From NCBI GenBank assembly GCA_023248545.1, contig JAHFEF010000001.1, forward strand, positions 150,329 through 214,328: a stretch of DNA of 64,000 nucleotides, read 5' to 3'. A program made the translations under genes and the position numbers. The notes beneath the pieces are model-generated. The model searched no databases. It was not told where the DNA came from and was given only the letters and a program-made list of their open reading frames with translations. The first letter of the stretch is position 1; every line of letters starts with the position of its first letter. Of the stretch, positions 8,648 to 18,731 are shown one piece after another. The stretch comes from Myxococcales bacterium (GTDB lineage: Bacteria > Myxococcota > UBA727 > JABDBI01).

Positions 8648-11394
8648 AACTTCCCTGGCTGCGTTTATTAGAGGCTGTGAGGCCAGAACAAGTTTCGCTG
8701 AGGGTGATGTTTCACGAGTTGCCTCGGCGTGAAGGCAAGTGCCTAGCAGAACTTTATATTGAGCACATTGAAGGCGCTGTGAGCGAGCCTGGTAAGTTGC
8801 TCGACCCCAAATTAAATCTTTCTCCAAGGCAGCTGGCTTGTGTTCAGATTTTTGTAGCGTCCACGGCATTTTCAGCCAAACGTGATGTCTATGCTTTGAG
8901 TCCCGCTCAGGCCATGAGTGTTTTTTTACTGGCCAACGATGTGGGGGTCGAAGTCAGAAATCGAGGCATTGTTACGTTGAGCCCCACGCCAGCTTATTTG
9001 AAAGCCATTTTGGAGGCCGATAAGATTTTATTTCAGGCAGTCGATGCAAATCAAAAGCCAATTAATGAGCCGGTTGTCCTCGGCGTCGATCGGGCATTTT
9101 TGCTAGATTCAAAACTGAAGGTTTATAATCTAGAACCAGTGTTTTTGCCAAGCGAAGCCGATGCGTTGTTATCGATTCCCGCGTTGGCTCTTGAGTCTTT
9201 GGCACACGACGAGTCCCGTGTAGTCTGTTCGCAGTTGGCGAAGCTGGGCGTTGATTTGTCCTGTTTAAAGTCGCTGGGAAGGCAAGCCAAATCGCAGATA
9301 GCTTTGAGGGCGTTACTGGGTAAATCTCTTGAGTTGCGATTGCACTTGGTGAATATTTTGTCTGATGGGGATGTCGAAGACGAAGTTGAAATTAGGTCTA
9401 AAGGAGCCTTAGAACCGATTTTTTGGCTGCCCAATCAAATTGCAATACAGCGGCCGACTGAGCTCGAAGAACAAGCGCGTCAGGCCTTGTTTAAGTTGGG
9501 TGCTTTGCCCAGCCAAAAACACAAGGGTTTCTCAGCCAAGGGCCAAGAGGCGCTGAATCTGTTGTCGCAGATTTCAAATCCAAAAAATTTGCCTGAATGG
9601 TTGTGGGTAGACCCTGATTGTTTGCCAAAAATCATCGCGCTGCCACAAAAGCCAGCTCTGTGGGTCGAAAAGACCGCTGGGGCTGCTTTGAAAGTTCAAG
9701 TTCAGTTGGGCGATGTTTCTTTTTCGCTTGAAAAGCTATTTGAAATTGCTCATCAGGATGGCCAAGCCCTGTTGGTCGAAGACGATACGGTTTTGACTTT
9801 TTCAAAAGAAGCCGTGCGCTCCCTTAAAATTTTGACAGAGTCTTTAGAAATAGGTGAACTCTCTGAATCTAAAGAATACTCATTTTTTGAAATTGCACTG
9901 CTGTTACGCATGCTTGAGTCCAACATAGAAGTTCAAGCAGAAGAAGCTTTATATGAACGTTTGTCGAAGTTTGTGCCCGAATTATTGCCAGAAGATCATT
10001 TATTGCCCGGAACACTCCAGACAGCTTTGAGGCCATATCAGCACGACGCGGTTGCCTGGATGTCGCAGCTGCACCGAGCAGGCCTGGGGCGTCTATTGGC
10101 CGATGAAATGGGTCTGGGTAAGACGCTGATGGTCTTGTGTTTGTTGGTAAAGATTAAAGAACATGAAGGCGCAAAACCCAGTCTGGTAGTTGCCCCAACG
10201 AGTGTGCTCGATGTTTGGATGGCGGAGTCCAAACAGCATTTTGTGGGCTTAAACACGGTCAAATGGCACGGCGCTGATCGGGCGGAGCAGATTGAAGAGG
10301 CGAAGAAGGCTGATTTGGTGATCACCAGCTATGCGCTCCTACGCCGTGATATTCAGACATTGTCGGAGATTAATTTTCGTTATTTGGTGGTGGACGAAGC
10401 GCAGATTATTAAGAATTCGAAAACAGAAAGCTGGAAAGCGGCACGATTGATTAGATCTGAACAGCGTTTGGCATTGTCTGGAACGCCCATCGAGAACAGG
10501 ATCTCAGACTTACATAGTATTTTAGAATTAGTATCGCCAGGTATTTTGGGTGACGAGAGAGCTTTTGTGAAGCGCTATGGTGCGGGTGAAAAAAACGCTG
10601 AGTTGCGTGAACGCGTACGGCCCATGATTTTACGGCGTCGAAAAGAAGAAGTTGAAAGCGATTTGCCGCCCAAAATCGAAAATATTTTGCGCTGTGACAT
10701 GGCGGCCGAACAACGAACGCTCTATTTGGAGATTTTGCGGGCTGCTCAGAAAGAACTTAACCATGCGGCTTATAATAGTATCCCTCTATTGGCCGCATTG
10801 ACGCGTTTGAGGCAAGTTTGCTGTGATCCGAGTTTGATACCGGATCAGCGGGGTAATTTGGGTTCGGCCAAACTGGATTTATTTATTGAGATGATCCAAG
10901 AGTGCTTGTCCAATGGCCGTCGCGTGATCGTGTACAGCCAGTTTGTCAAAATGCAGGGTATTTTGCTGGATGCGCTGGCCAGGCATGGCATCAAAGATAC
11001 ACTTTGGCTGCACGGTGCGACGCAAAATCGAGGAGAGGTCGTCGCGGAGTTTCAAAAACCAGATGGCCCCAGAGTGATTGTGGTGAGTTTGAAAGCCGGT
11101 GGGACGGGTATTACGCTGACAGCGGCCGATACGATTATTTATTACGACCCCTGGTGGAATCCAGCCGTGATGGATCAAGCGGCTGATCGGGCTCATCGGA
11201 TTGGTCAAACCAAGACGGTGCACTTGATCAAATTAGTTTGCCACAATAGCATCGAAGAGCAAATATTGGCTTTGTGTGAGAAAAAACGCGCGGTTGCTGA
11301 CGACGTTTTGTTGGCCGATCGGGCAGGGCAGCGATCACTGACGCTCGAGGACATTAAACAGCTTTTGCAAGTGGAGATAGACCGGGATTTATGA
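8641..11394 (+). CDS. SNF2-family helicase
   Basis: 917 aa. RPYQHDAVAWM, GLGKTL, DEAQIIKN and C-terminal helicase motifs (DPWWNPAVMDQAADRAHRIGQ). The roughly 450-aa N-terminal domain is unassigned. Confidence 0.85.
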   Translation: MLELPWLRLLEAVRPEQVSLRVMFHELPRREGKCLAELYIEHIEGAVSEPGKLLDPKLNLSPRQLACVQIFVASTAFSAKRDVYALSPAQAMSVFLLANDVGVEVRNRGIVTLSPTPAYLKAILEADKILFQAVDANQKPINEPVVLGVDRAFLLDSKLKVYNLEPVFLPSEADALLSIPALALESLAHDESRVVCSQLAKLGVDLSCLKSLGRQAKSQIALRALLGKSLELRLHLVNILSDGDVEDEVEIRSKGALEPIFWLPNQIAIQRPTELEEQARQALFKLGALPSQKHKGFSAKGQEALNLLSQISNPKNLPEWLWVDPDCLPKIIALPQKPALWVEKTAGAALKVQVQLGDVSFSLEKLFEIAHQDGQALLVEDDTVLTFSKEAVRSLKILTESLEIGELSESKEYSFFEIALLLRMLESNIEVQAEEALYERLSKFVPELLPEDHLLPGTLQTALRPYQHDAVAWMSQLHRAGLGRLLADEMGLGKTLMVLCLLVKIKEHEGAKPSLVVAPTSVLDVWMAESKQHFVGLNTVKWHGADRAEQIEEAKKADLVITSYALLRRDIQTLSEINFRYLVVDEAQIIKNSKTESWKAARLIRSEQRLALSGTPIENRISDLHSILELVSPGILGDERAFVKRYGAGEKNAELRERVRPMILRRRKEEVESDLPPKIENILRCDMAAEQRTLYLEILRAAQKELNHAAYNSIPLLAALTRLRQVCCDPSLIPDQRGNLGSAKLDLFIEMIQECLSNGRRVIVYSQFVKMQGILLDALARHGIKDTLWLHGATQNRGEVVAEFQKPDGPRVIVVSLKAGGTGITLTAADTIIYYDPWWNPAVMDQAADRAHRIGQTKTVHLIKLVCHNSIEEQILALCEKKRAVADDVLLADRAGQRSLTLEDIKQLLQVEIDRDL

Positions 11395-11750
11395 AAATTC
11401 TAATTTTCTTGCTGTTACTCAGTGCGGCTTGTTCCAAACCCCAAAAACCAGAACCTGTGCCAGCTGTGGGTCTCGCGGGTTCAGACAAAATATCGCCCAA
11501 TCCAATTTACGAGGGTTTGATTGACGAGGTGATCGAGCGTGATCAATTTGATTACGTGCGCATCGGACAAAACTGGTTTGCCTTGGTGGGCGTGTCTCTT
11601 AAAGCCGGTCGACAAGTGAAAATCGAAGAACAGGCTGTGTTCGATAATTTTCATTCGAAGACGTTAAATAGGACGTTTCAAAAAATTATTTTTGGAAAAT
11701 TAGTGTCGCCAAAACCGGCAAATGGTCCGAAGCCTGTTGAGTCTCATTGA
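11391..11750 (+). CDS. small lipoprotein, hypothetical
   Basis: Lipobox-like LLLSAACSKP. Start overlaps the SNF2 stop. Confidence 0.4.
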   Translation: MKILIFLLLLSAACSKPQKPEPVPAVGLAGSDKISPNPIYEGLIDEVIERDQFDYVRIGQNWFALVGVSLKAGRQVKIEEQAVFDNFHSKTLNRTFQKIIFGKLVSPKPANGPKPVESH

Positions 11751-12699
11751 CCACTTGGCCGCTCAGAACGGTGATGCCCCCAAAAGCAAACACGGCGTCT
11801 AAGCGTTGGTCCGGTTTGTTGGAGGGGAAACTGAAGCCTGTCAGAGGTGCTTCAGAGAAATTGGGAAGGGCCGAACGAATAATTTGAATCGTGTGATCAG
11901 CGGTGTAATCGGTCTCAGGATCATCTTGAAAGCCGGTTTTTTGCGTGGCTTCCGGGGGAATCGAATTAAAATCACCGGCGACGACCACGGGGCCTTTCAG
12001 CGTGCTTAATAGCTTTGTTAGTTCATGCGCTTGCTCTTGCCTCGTATTGATATCAAAGGCTTCCAAATGGACATTGAGCAAGGTGAAGTGTTGATTTCCG
12101 ACTTGCACTTCGACCGATTCAGCACCGCGATCTAAGTAAGCCCAGTTGTACCAAAATGGGTTATTTCTGGGTTTTTCAAACAGGGTTCTCCGGTGGTTTG
12201 AGAGAGGGTAGCGAGACAGGATGCAATTAGCGCTCTTGGTTTTTCCCAACTGGTGCTCGATGGGCCAATAGGGGTAGGGGATGTAATTCTCGTCCCAGAC
12301 GACAGCGCAGGCGATGTAGGGATAGTCCGCGCCCCGAGCAATCCATGCAGCTTCGTTAATATGATGGGTTCTGTCTGAATCGAGATCCACTTCCTGCATC
12401 GTGAGAATATCTGGATTTTCGTGCTGAATCACTTGAGTCACCTGGGCCATTTTTTGACGCGTATAGGCTTCACCTCGCCAATCGGTAGGTTTATTTTTGA
12501 CACCCTGACCGTGTCCAATATTGTAGGTCATAATTTTAATCTGGTTTTGAGGGGTTATCACAATTGGATTGCCTATTTGAATATCCAGTGAGGCTTCTCT
12601 GGGCAGGCCTTTCCCTACGGCCCAAAATATCCATAGGCCGAGCAGTAAAAAGAATAAACCAACGAGCGTGAGCGTTATCTTGAGGATTTTAGCTAGCAT
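11686..12699 (-). CDS. endonuclease/exonuclease/phosphatase (EEP) family protein, membrane-anchored
   Basis: N-terminal TM helix. EEP motifs (MTYNIGHGQG, MQEVD, SDHLPV). Confidence 0.7.
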   Translation of the reverse strand: MLAKILKITLTLVGLFFLLLGLWIFWAVGKGLPREASLDIQIGNPIVITPQNQIKIMTYNIGHGQGVKNKPTDWRGEAYTRQKMAQVTQVIQHENPDILTMQEVDLDSDRTHHINEAAWIARGADYPYIACAVVWDENYIPYPYWPIEHQLGKTKSANCILSRYPLSNHRRTLFEKPRNNPFWYNWAYLDRGAESVEVQVGNQHFTLLNVHLEAFDINTRQEQAHELTKLLSTLKGPVVVAGDFNSIPPEATQKTGFQDDPETDYTADHTIQIIRSALPNFSEAPLTGFSFPSNKPDQRLDAVFAFGGITVLSGQVVNETQQASDHLPVLATLIFQK

Positions 12700-12808
12700 T
12701 GGTCTGTATTAGCGCCCAAGGCCTCAAAATGGACAAAACGAATAAAGCAATTGAATTAATCGTAATATTCGATACGATATTGCAATTGTTTATTTCTTGA
12801 GGCAAATT

Positions 12809-14023
12809 ATGAAAATTGCAATTGTTTTATTCTCTCTGTTGTCGACAGCGTTACTGGCCAACGAGAACACGAACACGGACACGCCAGGGAAACAACGTGT
12901 TCGGCATCACATTGAAATCACGCCGGGTTCTGACCGAATCGGTCAGCGACAAAATCGATATGGTGACCGAGAACTTCGGCCTGTTAGGCTATGGGGCGAT
13001 GCCACTGCTCAGGGCGTTTCCAATCACCTGGTTTATATGGTGACGACAGGAACGGCCGATTTATCCCAAATTCCAATTCGTGATCTAGGTGATAGATTAC
13101 TGACGGAACAAGAGATAAATATATTGGTGCGTGAGATCGCTGCGGGCTTTATGGCAGGAGATTTTTATCGCTATGTCGGAATCACAATTAGGGGCATCTA
13201 TAGGCGCGCAGGTGAACATCGGCGTGCAGTAGATAGTGCTCCAGGGCGCCGCCTGCCCCTGGCCATTCGGCACGAAAATGCCGAGGGCCATCCGGCATTG
13301 ATGCATACGCTGGTTGTTGGAATCCATCCGGAACAAATTACCCGGATCGAAGCCGAATTGATTCGAGTATTGGAGGCTACGGGCCAGCAGGGCTTAAATG
13401 GAAATGTTGGTAATTTAGGTCGCCGAGAACGTGGGACTCGGGGTCAGGTCGAAGTCACCCCTCACTCAGCCGTTCCCCGGACTGAAGAAGGGAGAGATAT
13501 TTTGCAATTTGAGGGTTCCAGACTCACGCCATTGCCGCAAGAACATCTACCAGCGGCGTGGCAAAATATAGTCTATTTAATGACAGAGCCGGGTGTTCGT
13601 ATTGATTTGCCAATTGTCTATTTGGATCAGCAGTTAATCAACGAAGAGCAGATGGCATCTTTGGAGGACCGAATCCGAGCCTGGTTCGATGGCAGAACTG
13701 ATTTTGAAGTTTATGTAGGTTTGGCGGGTGCGGGTGTGCATCAAGATCGAACGCCGCAGACACGAGCGCATGAACATGAACGAGCGGCTCTTGAACACCC
13801 ATTTAGAAGATTACCCTTGGCCATCGATCGGGTGAACCAGGAAGCAGGGCCAGTTCAAATGCATGTCTTGGTGGCCGGGATTCATCCAGAGCAAATCCGC
13901 TGGGTGGAGTCTAGATTAATTAGACTGTTTGGAGGGACGACGGCCAGGGGTTGGAATTCAAATCCAGGTTTGTCGTCTCCAGGGGTGGTGCGCAATTTGT
14001 TTGGAGCTAGCAGTTCCAGCTAG
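12809..14023 (+). CDS. secreted Arg-rich protein with internal ~190-aa duplication, hypothetical
   Basis: Signal peptide MKIAIVLFSLLSTALLA. Duplicated blocks RRLPLAIRHENAEGHPALMHTLVVGIHPEQITRIEAELIRVL and RRLPLAIDRVNQEAGPVQMHVLVAGIHPEQIRWVESRLIRLF. Confidence 0.5.
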   Translation: MKIAIVLFSLLSTALLANENTNTDTPGKQRVRHHIEITPGSDRIGQRQNRYGDRELRPVRLWGDATAQGVSNHLVYMVTTGTADLSQIPIRDLGDRLLTEQEINILVREIAAGFMAGDFYRYVGITIRGIYRRAGEHRRAVDSAPGRRLPLAIRHENAEGHPALMHTLVVGIHPEQITRIEAELIRVLEATGQQGLNGNVGNLGRRERGTRGQVEVTPHSAVPRTEEGRDILQFEGSRLTPLPQEHLPAAWQNIVYLMTEPGVRIDLPIVYLDQQLINEEQMASLEDRIRAWFDGRTDFEVYVGLAGAGVHQDRTPQTRAHEHERAALEHPFRRLPLAIDRVNQEAGPVQMHVLVAGIHPEQIRWVESRLIRLFGGTTARGWNSNPGLSSPGVVRNLFGASSSS

Positions 14024-14223
14024 TCTGTTATATAGTTTGCTTATGCCACGTGTTGAACCGAGATTGGATTTGATCGGTCGCGGAATTGCGACCCACCCGG
14101 AAAGTATCCAAGAGTTGCAAGACGAAATCGCTCGCAAAGAACGGGCGAATGCACCCAAGCCTAAAAAGCCTTTTAAAAAAGTGATTCGAGAGAAATCGCA
14201 AGAAAAATTAGGAGGCGAATAAG

Positions 14224-15186
14224 ATGCCATTGGTTCAAAGTTCGTCTTATGTTTCACCTATTTTGTTTAAGAATCCACATGTTCAGACGATTTATCCGGC
14301 GCTGTTTCGGCAGACGTGGGGTGTGCGCTATTATCGCGAACGCATCACGACGCCAGATGATGATTTTTTAGATTTGGATTGGTCTTTTGTCAGCTCCAAG
14401 CGCTTGGCAATTTTAACGCACGGCCTCGAAGGGCATTCAGGGCATTCTTATATGCTCGGGATGGTCAAAGCCTTAAACCGGCAGGGAATTAGTGCGCTGG
14501 CTTGGAATTTAAGAGGCTGTAGCGGTGAGCTGAATCGAAAAGAATATTTTTATCACATGGGGATCTCAGACGATTTAGAAACCGTAATCAATCACGTGAA
14601 AGACAATTTTGACGAGATTTATTTGATTGGTTTTAGTTTGGGTGGAAACTTAACGCTTAAATATTTAGGCCAACGCGCCGAACAAGTGAGTTCTCGAGTT
14701 AAGTCCGCCGTGACTTTTTCAGCACCGATTGATCTCAAAGCCTGTTCAAACAAAGTCACGGCACATCAAAATTGGGTCTATTTTAGGAAGTTCATGTGGA
14801 CGATTGAACAAAAAATCAGTGCCAAATCGATGGTGTTTAATTTGCCGGCCAGCATGGCCCAAATTAAAAAAATCGCCTCTTTTAAAGAACTCGACGATTT
14901 ATTAACGGCGCCCTTATTTGGATTTGAAAACGCGGAGGAGCTCTGGGCGGATTCTAGTAGCATTGGATATCTTGAAAAAATCAGAGTCCCCACTCTGCTG
15001 ATCACGGCTGCGGATGACCCCTTGTTGGCCCCAGAGTGCTATCCCACGCAATTGGCTCAAAAAAGCACCAATTTTTATTTTGAGAGGCCGGACCATGGCG
15101 GTCATATTGGGTTTATCTCGTTTAATCACAACGGTCAGTATTGGTCTGAGACCCGGGCGCTTGAGTTTATAGACCGTTTATCCTAA
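14224..15186 (+). CDS. alpha/beta hydrolase (YheT-like)
   Basis: 320 aa with GFSLGGN nucleophile elbow. Confidence 0.75.
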   Translation: MPLVQSSSYVSPILFKNPHVQTIYPALFRQTWGVRYYRERITTPDDDFLDLDWSFVSSKRLAILTHGLEGHSGHSYMLGMVKALNRQGISALAWNLRGCSGELNRKEYFYHMGISDDLETVINHVKDNFDEIYLIGFSLGGNLTLKYLGQRAEQVSSRVKSAVTFSAPIDLKACSNKVTAHQNWVYFRKFMWTIEQKISAKSMVFNLPASMAQIKKIASFKELDDLLTAPLFGFENAEELWADSSSIGYLEKIRVPTLLITAADDPLLAPECYPTQLAQKSTNFYFERPDHGGHIGFISFNHNGQYWSETRALEFIDRLS

Positions 15187-15199
15187 ACTGACCCGTACG

Positions 15200-16543
15200 A
15201 TGAAAATTTATTTGATTGGAATTGCCGGCACGGCCATGGGTGCTTTCGCAGGCTTGCTTAAACAAGCAGGGTACCAAGTGACAGGTTCAGATGCGGCCAC
15301 CTATCCTCCAATGGATAAGAAGCTTGCAGACTGGGGCATCGAGGTAAAAACACCCTATGCGGCCAAAAATCTGACACCCGACATAGATTGGGTGGTTGTT
15401 GGCAACGTGGTCAGTAAAAATCACGTCGAAGTCCAAGAAGTTCAACGCCTAGGCTTAAAATACAAATCTTTTCCAGAGACTTTATCAGAACTTTTTTTAA
15501 ATCGCCAAAAATCGATCGTTGCAACAGGAACCCATGGCAAAACAACCATCAGTGCACTTTTAGCTCACACACTCACACACGCTGGCCAAGATCCCAGTTT
15601 TTTAATTGGTGGAATTCCTCGGAATTTCGAGGAGAGCTTTCACTTAGGGCAGGGAGATTATTTTGTTCTTGAAGGCGACGAATATGACACGGCTTATTTT
15701 GATAAGGGCCCTAAGTTTTTGCACTATCAGCCTTATTATTTACTCTGCAGCTCTTTAGAATATGACCACGCTGATATTTATCAAAATGTTGAGGAGATAA
15801 TAGAACGATTTGCGCAGGTGATTGCACTGGTACCCAAAAACGGCTTTGTGGTGCTCAATACGCAATTTCCCTATTTATTAAAGGCCCTCGAGAAAAGCGA
15901 TCTCAAAGCCAGGTTAATTAAATACGCCGAGCCTGAAAATATTCATGAATCTCAGGAAGGTTTGAAATTTGAAATTGATGGCAAACCCATTTTTGTGCCT
16001 TTGTCAGGTCGTCACAATGCTCAAAATGCACTGGGGTGCTATCGAATTTTAGAAGCTGCAGGCTTATCTCACGAGCAAATTAAAGCTGGATTCGCCAGTT
16101 TCGCCGGTGTCAAGCGTCGCTTGGAAGTAGTCGGTGAAAAAAATGGCATAACAGTGATAGACGATTTTGCGCATCACCCCACGGCCGTGAAGACGACTTT
16201 GGAAGGTGCTCATCAGCGCTACGCTGGCAGACCGTTGTGGGCGCTGTTTGAGCCGCGATCGGCCAGCAGCTGTCGCAAGATATTTCAAGATGACTATGCC
16301 AAGAGCTTTGACGTGGCTGACCGAGTTTTGTTGGCGCCCCCAGGACGTCATTTAGACCCCAGTATCATGCTGGACATCAAACAGCTGGCGCGTGATATGG
16401 GTCCCAAAGCGACTGCTTGTGATTCGTATGAACAAATAATTCACATCGTGAAGGCAGAACTCTCCCCAAAGAGCGTTTTATTGTGTATGTCCAATGGCTC
16501 GTTTGGTGGGATCCACCACAAACTATTGGAAGTGATTGGATGA
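15200..16543 (+). CDS. mpl: UDP-N-acetylmuramate:L-alanyl-gamma-D-glutamyl-meso-DAP ligase
   Basis: 447 aa. The N-terminus MKIYLIGIAGTAMGAFAGLL...VTGSD and the Mur ligase motif GTHGKTT match the Mpl family. Confidence 0.85.
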   Translation: MKIYLIGIAGTAMGAFAGLLKQAGYQVTGSDAATYPPMDKKLADWGIEVKTPYAAKNLTPDIDWVVVGNVVSKNHVEVQEVQRLGLKYKSFPETLSELFLNRQKSIVATGTHGKTTISALLAHTLTHAGQDPSFLIGGIPRNFEESFHLGQGDYFVLEGDEYDTAYFDKGPKFLHYQPYYLLCSSLEYDHADIYQNVEEIIERFAQVIALVPKNGFVVLNTQFPYLLKALEKSDLKARLIKYAEPENIHESQEGLKFEIDGKPIFVPLSGRHNAQNALGCYRILEAAGLSHEQIKAGFASFAGVKRRLEVVGEKNGITVIDDFAHHPTAVKTTLEGAHQRYAGRPLWALFEPRSASSCRKIFQDDYAKSFDVADRVLLAPPGRHLDPSIMLDIKQLARDMGPKATACDSYEQIIHIVKAELSPKSVLLCMSNGSFGGIHHKLLEVIG

Positions 16544-17547
16544 TTATTTCGAATTTGAAAGCTTTAGAAGGCCTGCTGTGGGGAATGGCCCTGGGCGATG
16601 GCTTAAACAGAATGCATCGGTTTAGAAAACCGCCATTTTTATTGCACTCAGCGACAGGAACTTGGTTTTTGTCTGTTTTTCAGGCTGTGTTTCAAGAATC
16701 AGACTTGGCACTGAAGCTCGAGATTTTATCCGCGCCGCACTATGCACTGGCACTTCGAGGCTCGCAGCCCTCGCTCGCGCATACGTTGCATGAAGTTTCG
16801 ATGCATCACCCGACACAAAAATTACTCGGCGATATTTTGCCCTGTATGATGCCCCTGGCGTTTTATGCCCAAGAGAACGAGCTGGTTCAAAAGATTATTG
16901 AATGGACGCAGGTCACACACAGGCACCCGCGTGTGATATCCGCTGTGGCTTTGTTGGTAGGCGCGTTGCGTGCGCTTTTAATAGACCCCAAATTGTCGTT
17001 GGAAGGTCAGTTAGAACAAGGCGAGCGTTTGGCAGACAAGACGCTGCATTTGCTCTTTGAACGCCGCGAGGCCGACACGCCACAGGCGATTTATTCTGCG
17101 TACCAGGCATTGCGTCATCATGTGGCTTTGGCCAAAGGTGCTACAGACCCCAGAGATCTGCAAGTGCCCCTGGGGTTTGATGGCCGAGATTGCCCAGAGC
17201 AATTGGTGGTTTATGTGCTGGCGTTGGCCAGCGGCGAGAATGCCTTAGAGCGTGACTTTGATTTAATTTTAGAACAAGGCGGCACCAGTGATATTTTAGC
17301 GCCGTTATTGGTTTCGTTGGTGGGATTTAAACAAGGGGTTTCCGTATTGCCTGACAGCTGGTCCAAGATTCTATGGGGCAAAGATTTGTGGAGTCGGCAT
17401 TTGATTGCTCTTGCGCAGCGCGATTTTTACTTTCCCTGTCTGGTCGAAGAAGAAATTAAGCTCAGTCGCCAAGAACAGGCGGCTTTGAAAGAGCTGGATC
17501 ACTTTCAGATGGTGGCCAGTACCCGAAACCAGTTAGCGCTTTTTTAG
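16540..17547 (+). CDS. ADP-ribosylglycohydrolase-family protein, possibly degenerate
   Basis: GLLWGMALGDGLN resembles GxxxGDALG. The C-terminal GGTSDILAPLLVSLVG replaces the usual GGDTDT. ATGA overlap with the mpl stop. Confidence 0.5.
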   Translation: MIISNLKALEGLLWGMALGDGLNRMHRFRKPPFLLHSATGTWFLSVFQAVFQESDLALKLEILSAPHYALALRGSQPSLAHTLHEVSMHHPTQKLLGDILPCMMPLAFYAQENELVQKIIEWTQVTHRHPRVISAVALLVGALRALLIDPKLSLEGQLEQGERLADKTLHLLFERREADTPQAIYSAYQALRHHVALAKGATDPRDLQVPLGFDGRDCPEQLVVYVLALASGENALERDFDLILEQGGTSDILAPLLVSLVGFKQGVSVLPDSWSKILWGKDLWSRHLIALAQRDFYFPCLVEEEIKLSRQEQAALKELDHFQMVASTRNQLALF

Positions 17548-17554
17548 GAGGGCG

Positions 17555-18697
17555 TTATTGGTGGAGCAGAATGGATATAGTGTCACTGTTTTGATTGGCG
17601 ACAGCGATGTCTAATTTTCCATCTTGATTGAAATCGCCACTCACGATACCGCGAGGAGCTTTCCCGCCTGTTCCGCAAACATCTGTTTGGCTAAAAGTAC
17701 CATTTGTACTTTGCAAAACTGAAACGGTATCGTCCAGCAAATTAGCCACCACGATGCTTTTGTCCCATGCGATGAGATCGGCCGGTCTTCTTCCCACTGT
17801 GACCTGCTGGGAGAGAGTGGGGACATTGCCCTTTGAAACCGTGAAGAACGAAACGGTTGTTCCTCCGAGGTCACTGATGGCGATGCCAAATTTCCCGACA
17901 AGAATTCTGTCTGGCACAGTAATACTGGTTGGCAATTGGGTGGCATTGCACGAAAAGCTCAAGCTCAGACTGGTAGGTGTGCTGTTATTGACACATAAAC
18001 TGAGCGACTTGTCGCCGTAATTGAGCACGGCGAGACCCGGACCAGAGCCCGAATCGAGAGAAATCAGCTGAACATGTCCAGGTCCTTTCCCGCCGGTCGT
18101 TACCTGAATGGCGCTGGGTGTTGGTGTGGCAAAAACGTCGCTGACAACACTCAGATAGTCTGCGCCGCGGTTTGCAACAATCAAGTCAGGTTTCTGATCT
18201 CCGTTTAAATCATGGATGACAATACCTCGTGGCAATGAACCGGTGGGGATGGTCGTCAGGGTGGGTACCATGGGAGTACTATTGCTTAAGGGCTGGGGCA
18301 TTGGAAAGTAAACAACCGAATTGCTGAGCGACATGAACCAGTAGTCGACATTGTTGTAGGCAGTGGATTTAACTTCTGAGGAGGCACCTGGTAGTTGGAC
18401 GCTGCTCGGGGGGACAGAAAAGCCAGCATCTGCACTGGTTACCAGGAAGGTGCCGCTATTTGTTACGGTGTCATTGCTTCCGACCAATAAGCTGAGTTTT
18501 CCGGCATAATTGCCAGAAGCGATGCCATAGGGAAGCTTTCCCGCGGTTCCATAGGATGTGATAGACGGTCGAAACAGGGAACAAGTTAACGACGGTGTAC
18601 TGGTCACTGCCAGGTTACTGTTCCCGGTCTGAGCTCCGTCATTAGAGCTACCACATCCAGATAAAAATATCAAAGCAAGAACAATTTTGGGGTACAT
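17555..18697 (-). CDS. FG-GAP/VCBS repeat lipoprotein
   Basis: Lipobox FLSGC. Repeats DLNGDQKPDLIVAN and GDFNQDGKLDIAVAN. Confidence 0.7.
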   Translation of the reverse strand: MYPKIVLALIFLSGCGSSNDGAQTGNSNLAVTSTPSLTCSLFRPSITSYGTAGKLPYGIASGNYAGKLSLLVGSNDTVTNSGTFLVTSADAGFSVPPSSVQLPGASSEVKSTAYNNVDYWFMSLSNSVVYFPMPQPLSNSTPMVPTLTTIPTGSLPRGIVIHDLNGDQKPDLIVANRGADYLSVVSDVFATPTPSAIQVTTGGKGPGHVQLISLDSGSGPGLAVLNYGDKSLSLCVNNSTPTSLSLSFSCNATQLPTSITVPDRILVGKFGIAISDLGGTTVSFFTVSKGNVPTLSQQVTVGRRPADLIAWDKSIVVANLLDDTVSVLQSTNGTFSQTDVCGTGGKAPRGIVSGDFNQDGKLDIAVANQNSDTISILLHQ

Positions 18698-18731
18698 AAA
18701 ACACCTGCTGGTTTTATTGTACCATCTTTCC

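Noticed and set aside
8641-12699. SNF2 helicase plus EEP nuclease as a candidate defence pair.
   Set aside because: The genes are convergent, not co-oriented. The helicase is coupled to housekeeping tsaB. There are no methyltransferase or DUF1998-type partners that would suggest a DISARM- or BREX-like system.
16483-16539. Extension of the ADP-ribosylglycohydrolase ORF.
   Set aside because: This N-terminal extension overlaps the mpl 3' end. The conserved domain starts at the Met at 16540.
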